Shown here: one piece after another, positions 37,900 through 50,719 of the stretch
How positions within the stretch are numbered: the first letter of the stretch is position 1
Layout: each line of letters starts with the position of its first letter
NCBI RefSeq assembly: GCF_964213995.1
Contig: NC_135807.1
Span: 103,788,001 to 103,852,000, forward strand
Reading direction: 5' to 3'
Source of the DNA: Mustelus asterias
Taxonomy: Eukaryota
Length of the DNA stretch: 64,000 bases
Program-made: the position numbers and the translations under genes
Notes under the pieces: model-generated
Seen by the model: only the letters and a program-made list of their open reading frames with translations
What the model was told of the DNA's origin: nothing
Database searches by the model: none

Positions 37900-39000
37900 A
37901 TTTAGCAGATCCTTCACTTTACCATTGCCATCAAATCAAGGGATCATCTCTGCTTCAAAGACGAGTGCAGGAGAGCATGTCATGAAGAATGGGGTACCAA
38001 CCTTATGAAACTACATCACATGCTACGTACATGCTAAACAGGGAACCGTACGCTGTCGACCAAGCAAAGAAATTCAACAAATAACTGATCAGAAGGAAGC
38101 TCTGTAGTCTTGCCACATCAAAGCATTGCAAAAAAACAAGGCAGTAGCATATGCAGTTACCTTCGGCCAGAAGTGTCAAGCAAATGATTCTTTATTGCCT
38201 CCTGAGGTTCCGAGTGCCACAGGGGTCAGTTTTGGGCCAATTTGATTCACTCCACCTGATAGTAAGAATTAGCTGATGACACTGCATGCAACAAAGGTTA
38301 CAGGATTTGACAACATCCTGGCTGTTGTACTGGAGACTTGTCACAGAACTTGCCATGCCCCTTGTCAAGCTGTTCTAATGTAGCTACAGCACGGGCATTT
38401 ACCCAACAATGTGAAAACTGTTTCACTCTATTCTGTCTACAAAAAGCAGGGCAAGTTAAATTTGACTAATTGTCATCCCATCAGTCTACTCTCATTCATC
38501 AGCAGAGTAATGGCAGGGGTAATTGATATTGCTTTTAAGTAGGACTTGGAGATAGCTTGCTTTTGATACTCAGTTGGGTTTGGCCAATGATGCTGGGTTA
38601 TGAACCTCATTTACAGTCTTTGTCCAAACATGAACAAAAGAGCTGAATTTCTGAAGTGAGGTGAAAGCAATGTGACATTGAGGAGCCCTAGTTAAATTGA
38701 AGTGAATAGGAATCTGGAAAAACACTTCGCTCAGTGGGAGTCATAACTCATAGAAAGGAAGATTGATGTGGTTGTTGAAGGTCTGTCATCTCTGCCTCAG
38801 GCCATTATTGTAGGAGTTCTTCAGGGTAGTGTGCTCAGCTCACTCCATCTGCTATATGAATGACCTTCCCTCAATCATCAGGTTAGAAGTGGGAATAGTG
38901 ATTGCACAGTGTTCAGTACCATTCATGATTCCTCACATACTGAAGTTGTTTGTGTTCATGTGCAGCAAGACATGGATAATGTTCAGGGTTGGGCTGAGGT
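37900..39000 (+). mobile_element. Degenerate CR1/L2-clade LINE RT fragment
   Basis: Homologous to 30330-30850 and 50720-51170 (tccaaacatgaacaaaagagctgaatt, cagggtagtgt). Confidence 0.75.
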
Positions 39001-39744
39001 AGATCAATACAGTAAGAGTTTTACTCATTACATATTAGATCAATATGACATGACATGAAATGAACGACAAAACTATGTATTTAAACCTTATTTTGCTACT
39101 TTCAAATGAACTTTTGCTGAATGGAAAAAAATGGCTGCAAGTCAGATGACCACAGGATTGGCCTTTGTTTTGAAAGCTGCCAACTTGAGCTACAAGAAAA
39201 AAAGCATTCTGTTCTCCTCATCGTGGAATCTTGCACCCAATTATAAGAACATTTATAATTGGGAAACCAGACGACTTGTAGGTAGAAACTCGCAATGCCT
39301 GCAGAGCTGCTAACAGACTCATCTCATATCCAGGGTTGTCCAGGTCCATTTCAAAAGGGCATCATTGAGAGGACAATGGATGTAATTTGCATCTTGATAA
39401 GCTCACCCCTCCAGCGGAATCAGAAGGTCTGCCTCGACGATGACTTCTCCACAAGATCTTTAATATTGATGGTAACTCTTTCAAAACCTAATGGCTGGGA
39501 TATTATCAATTCTGAAATCCAGAAAAACATCCCTTGTGACATTGTGGAAAAAGAAGATCACATTATTCGGAGTGACCATTTTGAACAACAGCCTTCTCTT
39601 TAAAGCTTGTCTCTGCTGGAAGATTTCCAACCATCACCGCCAGAACTAACCCAGTCTTTATATACCAACTTCATCTTCTGGTATCTGCACCAACTATAAA
39701 ACAACTCTGCAACTCTTCATCTGGCTGAACTTGAGATCCTGCAT

Positions 39745-40047
39745 TGGGTGGCACAGTGGTTGTCACTGCTACCTCACAGCACCAGGGGCCTGGGTTCAAT
39801 TCCCGGCTTGGGTCGCTGTCTGTGTGGAGTTTGCACATTCTCCCCGCGTCTGCGTGGGTTTCCTCTGGGTGCTCATGTTCCAAAGATGTGCGGGTTAGGT
39901 GGATTGGCCATGCTAAATTGACTCTAGTGTCAGGGGGATTAGCAGGGTAAATATGTGGGGTTACGGGAATAGGGCCTGGGTGGGATTGTGGTCGGTGCAG
40001 ACCTGATGGGCCGAATGGCCTCCTTCTGCACTTTAGGGATTCTAGGA
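39745..40047 (+). mobile_element. HE1-type V-SINE
   Basis: Head, V body and tail gggccgaatggcctccttctgcac. Confidence 0.9.
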
Positions 40048-40294
40048 TGATAGGAAAGAATTCCTCACTTGACTTGACCTGTTAAATCATGCGAACCAGT
40101 ATTCATTTCTGTGATACTTTTACTACTACTATCCATAGTTCTAAAACTTTTTTTCTATTCCCCCCACTTTGTGTTTGTGTGTGTAGTGAGTGGGGTTTTC
40201 TGCAGTTTAGTAGTAAATTGGATCACTGAGGGTTTGCCACAGCATACTTAAAAATTATTCAAAATATCTTCTGCTTTAAGGACAGTTGATGAAA

Positions 40295-40480
40295 TCGTAG
40301 AATCCCTACAGTGCAGAAGCAGGTAAATCGGCCCATCGGGTCTGCACCAACAACAATCCCACCTCGGCATTCTCCCCGTAACCCCCACGTATTTACCCTC
40401 CAAATCCCTCTAACTGACACATCCCAGAACACTAAGGGGCAATTTAGCATGGCCAATGCACCTGACCCGCACATATTTGG
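40295..40480 (-). mobile_element. HE1-type V-SINE, 3' half
   Basis: tagaatccctacagtgcagaag...gcacatatttgga. Confidence 0.85.
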
Positions 40481-40724
40481 AGGGATGAAAGAAGTTCAGT
40501 TTGCCTGTCTTTCCAGATGAGTGATGAGTACACACACAAGTGACAGCCAATGCATTGCTGAATCCCCCACCATCAGTCTGGGGACTAGCACTGAATAGTT
40601 ACTTAACTGGACCTGCTCTTTAAATAGCGTGGCTATAAGGGCATGCCCGGGACTGGGGGTTCTGGTGAGTCTCTCACTTTCTGACTCCCTCCTACAAAGC
40701 ACATAATCGGAGTATAATGGAACA

Positions 40725-41030
40725 ACTTAGAAACTTAGAATCTTAGAAACCCTACAGCGCAGAAAGAGGCCATTCGGCCCATCGAGTCTGCATCGATCAC
40801 AATCCCACCCAGGCCCTATCCCCACATCCTTACATATTTACCCACTAATCCCTCTAACCTACACATCCCAGGACACTAAGGGCAATTTTTAGCATGGCCA
40901 ATCAACCTAACCCGCACATCCTTGGACTGTGGGAGGAAACCGGAGCATCCGGAGGAAACCCACGCAGACACAAGGAGAATGTGCAAACTCCACACAGACA
41001 GTGACCCGAGCCAGGAATAGAACCCAGGTC
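40725..41030 (-). mobile_element. HE1-type V-SINE
   Basis: Close match to the copy at 1438-1730. Confidence 0.9.
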
Positions 41031-41034
41031 ACGA

Positions 41035-42240
41035 ACACAAGAAATAGGAGCAGGAATGGACCCCATGATTGGTTGAGCCTGCTCCACCATTTAATACGAT
41101 CATGCCTGATCTTGGATTTCAAATCCACTTTCCTGCATTCTCCCCATATCCCTTGATTCCCTGAGAGACAAAAAGTCTGTCTGTCCACCCTTAAATGTGT
41201 TCAACGATGGAGCATCCTCTGGGGTAGAGAATTCTAAAGGCGCACAACCCTTTGTGTAAAGTAACTTCTCCTCTCGGTCCTAAATGACGCTTATCGGCCC
41301 CTTATCATGACGCTGTGCCCCCATGCTTTTGATTCTCCAACCAATCTTTGAGCCTATCGTATCAAGTCCCTCCAGAATCTTGTCTGTTTGAAGAGGATTA
41401 CTTCTCAATCTTCTAAACTCCAGAGAAGATAGGCTCAGTAAATTGAGCCTATCACCATAGAACAACCCCGTCATCTGAGGGGCCAATTTAGTTAGCCCTT
41501 GCTGTATCACCTCCAATGCCAATATGTCCTTTCTTAAATATGCAGACCAAAATTGCCTCCACTTCTCCAGATGGGGTCTCACGAAAACCCTGTAGAAACG
41601 CTCCTTTATTCCTGTACTCTAATCTCCTTGCAATAAAGGTCATTGTGTTATTTGCCTTCCTAATTGCTTGTTGTACTTGTATGCTAACTGTGTTTCTTGT
41701 ACAAGCGCACCCTCGTCTCCACGAACATTAACATTACAAGTTTCTCACCTTTTAAAAAGTACTCTGCTTTTCTATTTTTATGACTAAAATGCGTAACTGC
41801 AGATTTTGCCAAAACATACTCCATTTGCTATGTTGTTGCTTACTCACTTAATCTGCCTATGTCTCTTTGCAGACTTGTGTTCTCCCCACAGCTTGCCTTT
41901 CCATCTAGTTTTTTATCATCAACAAACTTCGATACCCTGCTATCCATTTCTTTATCTCAGTCAATACAGTTTCTAAGTATCTGAGGCACCAACACTGATT
42001 CTTGTGGCACTCCATTATTCACTGTCTACCAATTTAGAAATTGTCTCTTTGTGCCCATTTTCTGCTAACCAACCCCTATCCATGCTAATAAATTACCCCC
42101 AACTCCATGAGGCCTTACCTTCCCATTAATCTTTAGTGTGGCACCTTACCAAATGCCTTTTGGACATCCAAGTATGTTCCTGGTTCCCCTTTGTCTACCC
42201 TCTAGCTATGTTCTCAAAAATATCTGATAAATTTTAGTAA
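41035..42240 (-). mobile_element. Degenerate CR1 3' portion
   Basis: RPHLE..QFWSAYLRKDILALE remnant and CR1 3' UTR. Confidence 0.8.
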
Positions 42241-42714
42241 AACAATCTCAACTTGTTTTAATTATACTTAATAAAAGTTTTATTCTTGCATTAACCAACT
42301 ATTTTCTTGAACTGCTGAGTGTTTTGATGCAATTGAGTGACTTGCTCTACTGGTTAACAAGAGGGGCTAAGTGACATCCACATTAATGTGGGACTAAAGT
42401 AACACATAGGCTAGACTGGATAAGGTCAGCAGGATTTCTTCTTTAAATGACATTACTGAAGCAGTTAAGTATTTAACATAATTCAAGAATTCAATTATCA
42501 CTTGATTGCAGATTTTATTTCCAGTTGAAAAAAAAGAACTCAAATTCTCAAGCTGTTAGTTCAAACTACTGGATTACTCATAATTGCTGAATTTGACATA
42601 CACAACTTCCATCACTAAAGCTGAAGTTAATTTTCAATATTACAAAACATGAAGTACCACCAAATTGTCAAGCCTCCGTTCCTGAGGTGTCATTAAACTA
42701 AGTCTGTTTGGGTC

Positions 42715-43010
42715 AGTTGGCAATCAGGTCCCTTATGTTTCAGAAGGTTGTGTATTTAAAATCCACTCCATTACCTAAGCACATGACTCAAACTGATACT
42801 TGAATGCTCCACTGCATTGTCAGAGGTGCTGTCTTTAAGATTAAACTCCGGTGCAGACCATCTGTCCTGAAGGTTCAGGTCAATGCAAATTCCTTGCCAT
42901 TATTCGACGAAGGGCCATGGGTTCTTCAACATTTAGCAGATGTTACCTCATCAAAGAACATGACCAAACCTAATCATTTATCTCAATGTCATTTCTGGGG
43001 CGTATAAATA
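42715..43010 (+). mobile_element. Degenerate Deu-domain SINE
   Basis: actgcattgtcagaggtgctgtcttt...gccattattcgacgaaggg, similar to 19455-19690. Confidence 0.55.
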
Positions 43011-43136
43011 TCAATTTATTGCAGTATTGTGGAATTAATGTCCAAAATAATTCATAGGACAATTTCATAAATAAGTGTTCTTCATCCCTTTTTTAAAACT
43101 TGAATGGGAATTATTTGTCAGTATAAAATCTATAAA

Positions 43137-43279
43137 ACCTAATCAATGAAAATCTCAGTTTTTGCCCACAGAATTTCCTGAGGTGTTTTACTCAGCAATT
43201 TTTAGGGAAAAGCAAGATTGCTGAGTAAAACACCTCAGGAAATTCTGTGGGCAAAAACTGAGATTTTCATTGATTAGGT
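43137..43279. repeat. Perfect 63-bp inverted repeat with 17-nt spacer
   Basis: 43137-43199 is the exact reverse complement of 43217-43279. Confidence 0.97.
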
Positions 43280-44029
43280 ACCATATATCTTAAGCATGTA
43301 TTGTAATAACAGTTGGTTGATTCAAAATGTTATATTTATTTAAATAATGAGGTTAAAAGCAGATTCAAATTGTTATATCGCTATTTGCTCCTTTAACTTT
43401 AAAATAGTTGTTTTTTTCAGTGGTTTTTGGATTTATTGAACGATATGGAGTTGAGAATCAGTCTTCAACAATCATGTAAAGTAACAAGAAACCTCCATTG
43501 ATATTCTTATTGTTTTATGGAGAAGTTTACTAAATTTATAATGCAATGTATTTCAAAGGTGGGGAACATAATTGCTGATGGAGATTTTAGTTGATAGGAG
43601 TTTGAAGCTCTAATAAATTGGTTTACGTATTTTGTTGGAATATTTCAGTCCTGTACTTGCATTGGTCCATTTTCTCAGCCATATCACATAAAACATAATT
43701 TAGCCAAGTACATCTTAAGCATTTTCAATGAATGTGTGAATTTGCGCTTCATCAATTTTCAATGGTGGACTTAAATCTGGTACTGCATATTGGAATACCG
43801 TGATTTAATTATAATGTTTGCGACCTCATCCTGATGCTGAAAAGCTAATATATTATGTTTAAAGAGCAGGGTACCTTGGGGCTGTCAAAAGATTTTGCTG
43901 AATTACTCTTAACTTTTGATTTGTTCAACTTCTGTACACATTTGAATGTGAGTCTGGTTGACAGAACTACAAGAAATGCACATGTTAACAGATTTGATCT
44001 TAGTGTTGAGTTTTCTTTCGTTTCTTCAG

Positions 44030-44208
44030 CGTTCGAGGAGCTTGAGAAAGCACTGGTCACAGCTCAGAAATCTGAAGATAAGCGTAAGAAGCTGAAGCAA
44101 GAAATGGAAAAGCAGATCACAGTTATAGAGCAATCAAGTGAAGAACAAAAAAAGAGTTTGCAACACGAGCTATCACAGGTCAAGCTGGAAATGGTTAATG
44201 TATTGAAG
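44030..44208 (+). CDS. GOLGA4: GOLGA4 coding exon (7th in window)
   Basis: ttcttcAG| acceptor, |GTAAGA donor. 179 nt, (A)FEELEKALVTAQKSEDKRKKLKQEMEKQI...MVNVLK. The phase-1 start matches the previous exon. Confidence 0.93.
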
Positions 44209-44950
44209 GTAAGAAAACTAAAATGTAATGAGGATCTTTTAAACTTAGGTAGATTTATTTCTGTAGCAAGTGGAGTTGATAGTTCTTTTGGTGCGAGATG
44301 AATGTTCCTGTATTGTTTTATACACAGTAATTATAGGCAAGGAGTTTCTGCTAAATTTTAATCTTCCCACAAAAATAAAAAAAAGTGTTCTTTGCTTATT
44401 TCTCACAAAATTGCATGCCTTTAAAAAAAAATGTCATTTTTGAAATTTGCTCCTGCATCATGTTAAAAAACGAAGACTTCCAGGTGGCAATCAAGGACTT
44501 TACTTGCAAGGCCTTTTTAAAGTAAAAAATAAATCATCTCAGAATCCTGAAATTAAAGTTGAAAATTGCTAGACTGATTTCGTTTGAACTACTACATGCA
44601 TAATGACCAAGATGTTGACGTGAAACGAGGGCACCCACTGTTGACCTAACGATCTCTATGTGTAGTTTTCCTAATTCACCAAAGGAAGTTTAAATATCAT
44701 ACCAAGTCAAGGGACATCTTCACGTACAGCTGTGACGATGTCAGCAATCAGGTAAGGAGCTAATTACAGTATTCACACACAGCAAAGTAAGAAATGAAAA
44801 GCCCTTTACTTTTAATTTAAATCTTTAGATAATGAAATAACGTCATCCAGTCGACTGTCATTATTGATGATTTCAAAATATGAAGAGCTGGAGGGAAAAG
44901 TCAAGATATATGTTTTTAATTTATCTAATATATTACATGTGTGCAGTATT

Positions 44951-45446
44951 CAGTGGTTCTGAGCCAGTGTTGGCACAGTGGTGTACCGTGAAAACCTCCC
45001 CCTTCCCCCCCAAGTATGCCACGAAAAAGATTCCAAGTGATTAAAAATTCATGTAATTTAATTAAAACTATTCTTCGTCTTCAGCCTTGTGTTTGGCATC
45101 TCCATGACCCAACTAATCTCGGTCCCCCTGTGCATGCGCCAACTGGGAAAGAACCGCACATGCTTGGTTTAGAATTTTTATGTTGGTGGGGCCCGTGTGC
45201 ATGACCAACAGGATTTGGATCTGAAGGCAAAGGCCCCATGAGCCCACACAAAAAGCGAAAACTCAAAAAGGGCGCCTAGGAGAAACGCAAGTGACGAGAG
45301 GTTAAAAACACAGACGAGAGGACTGATAGAAGTTAAAAATGAGGTTCCCAGTAAGGGAAGAAGACAGAGAAAATGGGAAGTGTGCATCAATTTTTTTTTA
45401 ATAGTGTAAAGGTGTGCCATGAAACACAAAAGGTTGGGAACCACTG
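44951..45446. mobile_element. Probable non-autonomous hAT (Charlie-like) DNA transposon
   Basis: Ends CAGTGGTTCT.. and ..GGTTGGGAACCACTG form TIRs. The right flank atctagtt resembles the Charlie target site, but the left TSD is not preserved. Confidence 0.5.
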
Positions 45447-46582
45447 ATCTAGTTAATTATATATTATTAACTTCTGAATTGAATTCCACAGTGTTGTGGA
45501 ATTTTTAGTCCAGTGTTGTTTCAGGTTGAGCCACAAATCTGCAATAAATCTCATTTGATTGGATCTCGCTTGACATGTGGAATGTTTTATGATTGTAAAA
45601 CTACAATGGAATGTTTAAACAAGCTGACTACACTAAAGCTCGGACTTGGGCAGCAAATGTTCAACACTGAAATTCACATGTGCTTTTCATTAATCTTATC
45701 ATATGTTCAAGTCACTGCAGTGTAGAAATATGAAAACTAATCTAATATACATGAGGAATAAGTGTTTTGTTTAAACCATCTTAATTTCATTGATCATGCA
45801 TTGGTGTCTTTTAAACTTCCTTATTTTGAAACAGACAATGCTATCTAAAATTGAAGGAGAAAATGCTGAAACTCCACTTTATCTGTTAAGAGAAAAATCT
45901 TTAAAGCATTCTTTGTTAGAATTGTGAAGAGGATAATTGTAAAATGGATATCAAAAGAACCTTTCAGTCAGAATAAACAAATCAAGATGGGCTGTTTGGG
46001 TAGGAGGAAAGGACAATGGGTAAAGGATGAGATATGCACTCCTGTCAGAAAATCAGTGGGTTAACTGACCAGAAGCAATTATTTGTAAAGCTTGTAAGAT
46101 AAAAAAACTAACACCTGTGACAAATATCTAATTCATCTTTCAACCGCTGAGCTTTTAAGATTGCCAGAACACCTAAAAAAAAAAGGCAGTTTAGAAGGTT
46201 ACCCTTTTTTCGTTTAATAGATCAAAAAAATGGAATCATGAAGCAGCAGTTGGGCTTAGTTAGCTGGAGAGGTGGTGACATGATGTCTACACTTTGCAAA
46301 GGTGTGTAGTCAAGATCAATGTTTTGTTTTGGGGGTTTGTAGTGAACCCTGAAAAGCTGTGTTGTCATGGAGGACTGGAGCTTAAGAAGGTTCTCTAGTT
46401 TCCATTTATCTGTGTATTTGCTGGGAGAGAGGAGAATTGCAGATTGGACCTTGTATTGTTTGCAGAGAAGCCCTAGAAGCCATTCAATGCAATTGGGGCT
46501 GAGGAGAAGTAGTCCTGAGGAACTCAAAGGTTCTGTGCTCAAGAGGGTTAGTGTGCAGAAGAAGCCCTGGGACCCATTTATG

Positions 46583-46680
46583 GTAAGAAGTCTCATAACA
46601 CCAGGTTAAAGTACAACAGTTTTATTTGGTAGCAAAAGCCACTAGCTTTCGGAGCGCTGCTCCTTCATCAGGTGAGTGGG
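46583..46680 (-). mobile_element. Family A PLE pseudo-LTR fragment with hammerhead motif
   Basis: Minus strand CAC-CTGATGA-A-GGAGC-agc-GCTCC-GAAA-GCTA-GTG at 46640-46674. Confidence 0.8.
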
Positions 46681-46737
46681 ATCATCATGGCACCCATTTA
46701 TAGCTCAGTGCAATCTGGAGACTGGAGTTGAGAAGTT

Positions 46738-47097
46738 GGGGCGGCACGGTAGCACAGTGGTTAGCACTGCTGCTTCACAGCTCCAGGGTCCCAGGTTCGA
46801 TTCCCGGCTCGGGTCACTGTCTGTGTGGAGTTTGCACATTCTCCTTGTGTCTGCGTGGGTTTCCTCCGGGTGCTCCGGTTTCCTCCCACAGTCCAAAGAT
46901 GTGCGGGTTAGGTTGATTGGCCAGGTTAAAAATTGCCCCTTAGAGTCCTGGGATGCACAGGTTAGAGGGATTAGCGGGTAAATATGTGGGTGTGGGTGTG
47001 GGGGTGGGGCCTGGGTGGGATTGTGGCGGTGCAGACTCGATGGGCCGAATGGCCTCCTTCTGCACTGTAGGGTTTCTATGATTTCTATGATTCTATG
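46738..47097 (+). mobile_element. HE1-type V-SINE, full length, young
   Basis: GGGCGGCACGGTAGCACAGTGG (A box), GGTTCGATTCCC (B box), V body and (ttctatga)n tail. Confidence 0.93.
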
Positions 47098-47261
47098 AGA
47101 AAAACCAGGGACAGTGAACCTGGCATTCTGTGCAACAGTTGCAAGATGCCGGAATGACAAGTGAGCGTGCAGCCTTATGAAACTAGTGGAACTGAGTTTC
47201 AGGAGGAGAGATTAAACTATCAAGAGGTGAACAGTCATTGAGGCAGTCCAAACTGGAGCAG

Positions 47262-47485
47262 CTTTCGATTCCAGCCTTGGGTGACTACATGTAGAATTTG
47301 CACATTCTCCCTGTGTCTCCGTGGGTTTCCTCTGGGTGCTCCGGTTTCCTCCCACGTTCAAAAGGTGTGCAGATTAGGTGGATTGGCCATGCTAAATTGT
47401 CCTTTAATGTCCAAATGCTGTGTATGTTAAGTAAATGTGTGGGGTTGCAGGGCAAGGGCGGGTGGTGGGCCTGGGTAAGATGCTC
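47262..47485 (+). mobile_element. HE1-type V-SINE fragment
   Basis: tttgcacattctccctgtgtctccgtgggtttcc body. Confidence 0.8.
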
Positions 47486-48027
47486 CAATTGAGAAGCTCA
47501 GCAGATTGATCACCAAATCCACACTTTGTATTCCATGTGTGGAGGAAACTGTAGCATGGACCATGAATGCAATGTGCTGGATTAGTGGAAGTATGCATAA
47601 ATCACTGTGTCACACAGAAAGCAATCTCAAGGGCTCTGGATAACAGTGTGCGAAAATATTGCATTTTTTAGAGGGGAAGGGCAGCTGGAAATGAGAGTGG
47701 TGCAAGGTGGATAAAAGTATGGTTCTTTGAGATTGGGGAGTGCGCATTATTATTGTGCATTTGGGTGATGCAAAATAACGTGACATGGGGGGGGGTGGGG
47801 AGGCAAGAGAATGCAAAGCAAGGACAAGGAGAACTCTACAATGAGGGAATGAAGGCAGAGGTGTGGGAAATGGAGCTGACCTGGTCAGGTGCCAAATCCA
47901 TGAGGAACTTGACCAAGTTGGAGGACTGACTTGGTTGGTCATTGTCAGAGTTGGAGTCTTTTCAAAATGTGGGGTGGGAAGGAATACACTTTGCATAGTG
48001 GTGAAAGACCCGAGCCCTGTATATTAT

Positions 48028-48112
48028 AGGAGCAGTGCTCCGAAAGCTTATGGTATTTGCTACCAAATAAACCTGTTGGACTTTAACCTGGTGTTGTGAG
48101 ACTTCTTACTGT
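48028..48112 (+). mobile_element. Family A PLE pseudo-LTR fragment, truncated inside the hammerhead
   Basis: ggagcagtgctccgaaagcttatgg...gtgagacttcttactg, with tattata on both sides. Confidence 0.75.
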
Positions 48113-48409
48113 ATTATATCTGGAACATTCATGATGAGAAGTGGAAAGAGAGTGAAGCAAAGTGAGGCTACAAAAAGGAAAGCCATGATTGCAAGTTGTA
48201 ACGTAGGCAATAGCATTTTTAAGTGCAGTCTTGAGTATAATTGAAGAAGCAGCAGAGGGAGGTCTTCAATAGGATTGGAACTTAGGAATCGTGGAGTAGT
48301 GGCTATGTTACTAGACTAATAATCCAAAGGTCTAGGCTAAAGCTTTGCTCATGGCAGCTGGTGGAATTTAAATTCAACTGATTAATAAATCTGCAATTAC
48401 AAATTAATA

Positions 48410-48822
48410 CACTGGGTGTGGTAAATCAAATTGGTGAGCTACGGCTGCAGATAGCCACATGGAGATATGATAATCTGGTTGTAGCAGAGACGTGGATCAA
48501 AGAAGGGGAGGACTGGATACTGAGTATTCTTGGAGACAAGGTCTTCAGGAAAGCTAGGGAGGGAAAGAAAGGAGGAGGGGGTAACAGTATTATTTCAAGA
48601 AAATGTTACAGTGCTGGAGACAGAGGAAACCATAGAGGCATCATTACATTGCATTTTAGAATCCACCAACTAGTGGGAAGTTGTAGAGGAATAAATTAGT
48701 AAGGAACTTGAGGAAAGGGTAAGGATTCTGTAACAGTTGTAATGTGGAACTTGAGTTATCATAATATAGGCTCACCTAGTGATAAAGTAAAGGGCAGAGA
48801 GAGGCAAGAGTTACTAGACTAT
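48410..48822 (+). mobile_element. Old CR1 endonuclease fragment
   Basis: VNQIGELRLQIATWRYDNLVVAETW...RKAREGKKGGG. Confidence 0.75.
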
Positions 48823-49390
48823 GTTTCATTTGGTTTATTATTGTCATATGTATTAATATACAGTGAAAAGTATTGTTTCTTGCAAGCTATACAGACAAAG
48901 CATACCGTTCATAGAGAAGGAAACGAGAGAGTGCAGAATGTAGTGTTACAGTCATAGCTCGGGTGTGGAGAAAGACTTAATGCAAGGTAAGTCCATTCAA
49001 AAGTCTGACAGCAGCAGGGAAAAAGCTGTTCTTGAGTCGGTTGGTACGTGACCTCAGACTTTTGTATCTTTTTCCTGAAGAAAGAAGGTGGAAGAGAAAA
49101 CGCCCGGGGTGCGTGGGGTCCTTAATTATGCTGGCTGCTTTGCCAAGGCAGCGGGAAGTGTAGACAGAGTCAAAGAATGGGAGGCTGGCTTGCGTGATGG
49201 GTTGGGCTACATTCACCACCTTTTATAGTTCCTTGCTGTCTTGGGCAGAGCAAGAGCCATGCCAAGCTGTGATACAACCAGAAAGAATGCTTTCTATGGT
49301 GCATCTGTAAAAGTTGGTGAGAGTTGTAGCTGACATGCCAAATTTCCTTAATCTTCTGAGAAAGTAGAGGGGTTGGTGGGCTTTCTTAAT
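48823..49390 (-). mobile_element. Rex1/Babar-type LINE 3' end
   Basis: KKAHQPLYFLRRLRKFGMS..FYRCTIESILSGCITAW and RYKSLRSRTNRLKNSFFPAAVRLLN. Confidence 0.8.
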
Positions 49391-50702
49391 TGGGACCTGC
49401 ACTCTGCTGATCCCCAAATACACTCAACACAAGCCCAGCTCTTTTGTCCATGTTTGGATCAAAACTGGAATGAGATCAGGACCTGTTTGTACATTTACAT
49501 CAGTTTGTTCCCAGTCTGAAGAGAAAGGAAAAGTTACTGGAGCAAAATGGAGGCCATGAGGACCCAGTTCTTGGGAATAAGGCAGGCGAAATGGGCCTAG
49601 ATGTCAGTAGGGAAACATTTAGAGGACAGTGATTTTGGGTTGACTATGGAAAAGAACAAAGAGCAATTTAGAGTCACCATAATTGATTAGGGAAGAGCAA
49701 GCTTCAGGTGAGTAGGGTTGTGGCCCATATAAGTTGGAATTAAAGATTTGCAGGAACAACTACAATTGTAATGGGTTGTCTTTAAGGAGATATTTTGGGT
49801 ACAGGTTAAGTACATTCCCACGATGGGTGTGTGAGGAAAGGTAAAGAAACCCAGGGCTAACTGTGTGATAAAACAGAAAAAAAGGTGCATACAACAGATG
49901 TCAGGTGGATCACTCAGCTCCTGATCTCATTCCAGTTTTGGTTCAAACATGAACAAAAGAGCTGGACTTGTGTTGAGGTGAGAGTGACTGCCTTTAACAT
50001 CAAGACAGCATTTGATTAGGTCTGGCATCAAGGAGCACGAGGAAACTGGAGTCAATGGGAATAAGGGGAAACCTCCACCCTGGCTGGAGTTGTACCTCGC
50101 ACAAAGGAAAATGGTAGTGGTTGATGGAGGCCAGTTGCCTCAGCCCAGTATATCACTGTAGGTATTCCTTGGCATGGTGTCCTAGGTTTAGCCATCTTCA
50201 GTTGCTTCATCAATGACCTTATTTTCATCATAAAATCAAAAGTGTCGTTAATGCACAGCGTTAATTGCTATTCGTGTCTTCTCAGATACTGAAGCAGTAA
50301 TTTTACGTGTGCACATATCCCCATGCATTACCATCGTTGAATCCCCCACTATCAACATACTGGGAATGCCATTGACCAACATTGCTGTCAAGCAACATCT
50401 GCTCAGTAGTAACCTGCTCAGTGACGCCCTACTGACATCTAGGCCCATTTCGCCTGCCTCATTCCCAAGAACTGGGTCCTCATGGCCTCCATTTTGTTCC
50501 AGTAACTTTTCCTTTCTCTTCAGACTGGGAACAAACTGATATAAATATACAAACAGGTCCTGATCTCATTCCAGTTTTTGTCCAAACATGGACAAAAGAG
50601 CTGGACTTGTGTTGAGTGTATTTGGGGACCAGCAGACTGCAGGTCCCAATTAAGAAAGCCCACCAACGCCTCTACTTTCTCAGAAGACGAAGGAAATTTG
50701 GC
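49337..50702. repeat. ~275-bp inverted duplication (49337-49612 / 50427-50702)
   Basis: The arms are near-identical reverse complements with few mismatches. Spacer ~815 bp. Confidence 0.92.
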
Positions 50703-50719
50703 TTTCACCAGGATCATTC

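Noticed and set aside
39131-39603. 60- and 102-aa ORFs
   Set aside because: No recognisable homology. Lengths are compatible with chance.
46738-46810. tRNA-like sequence with A and B boxes
   Set aside because: It is the head of a SINE, continuing into the V body and LINE-derived tail, and is present in many copies.
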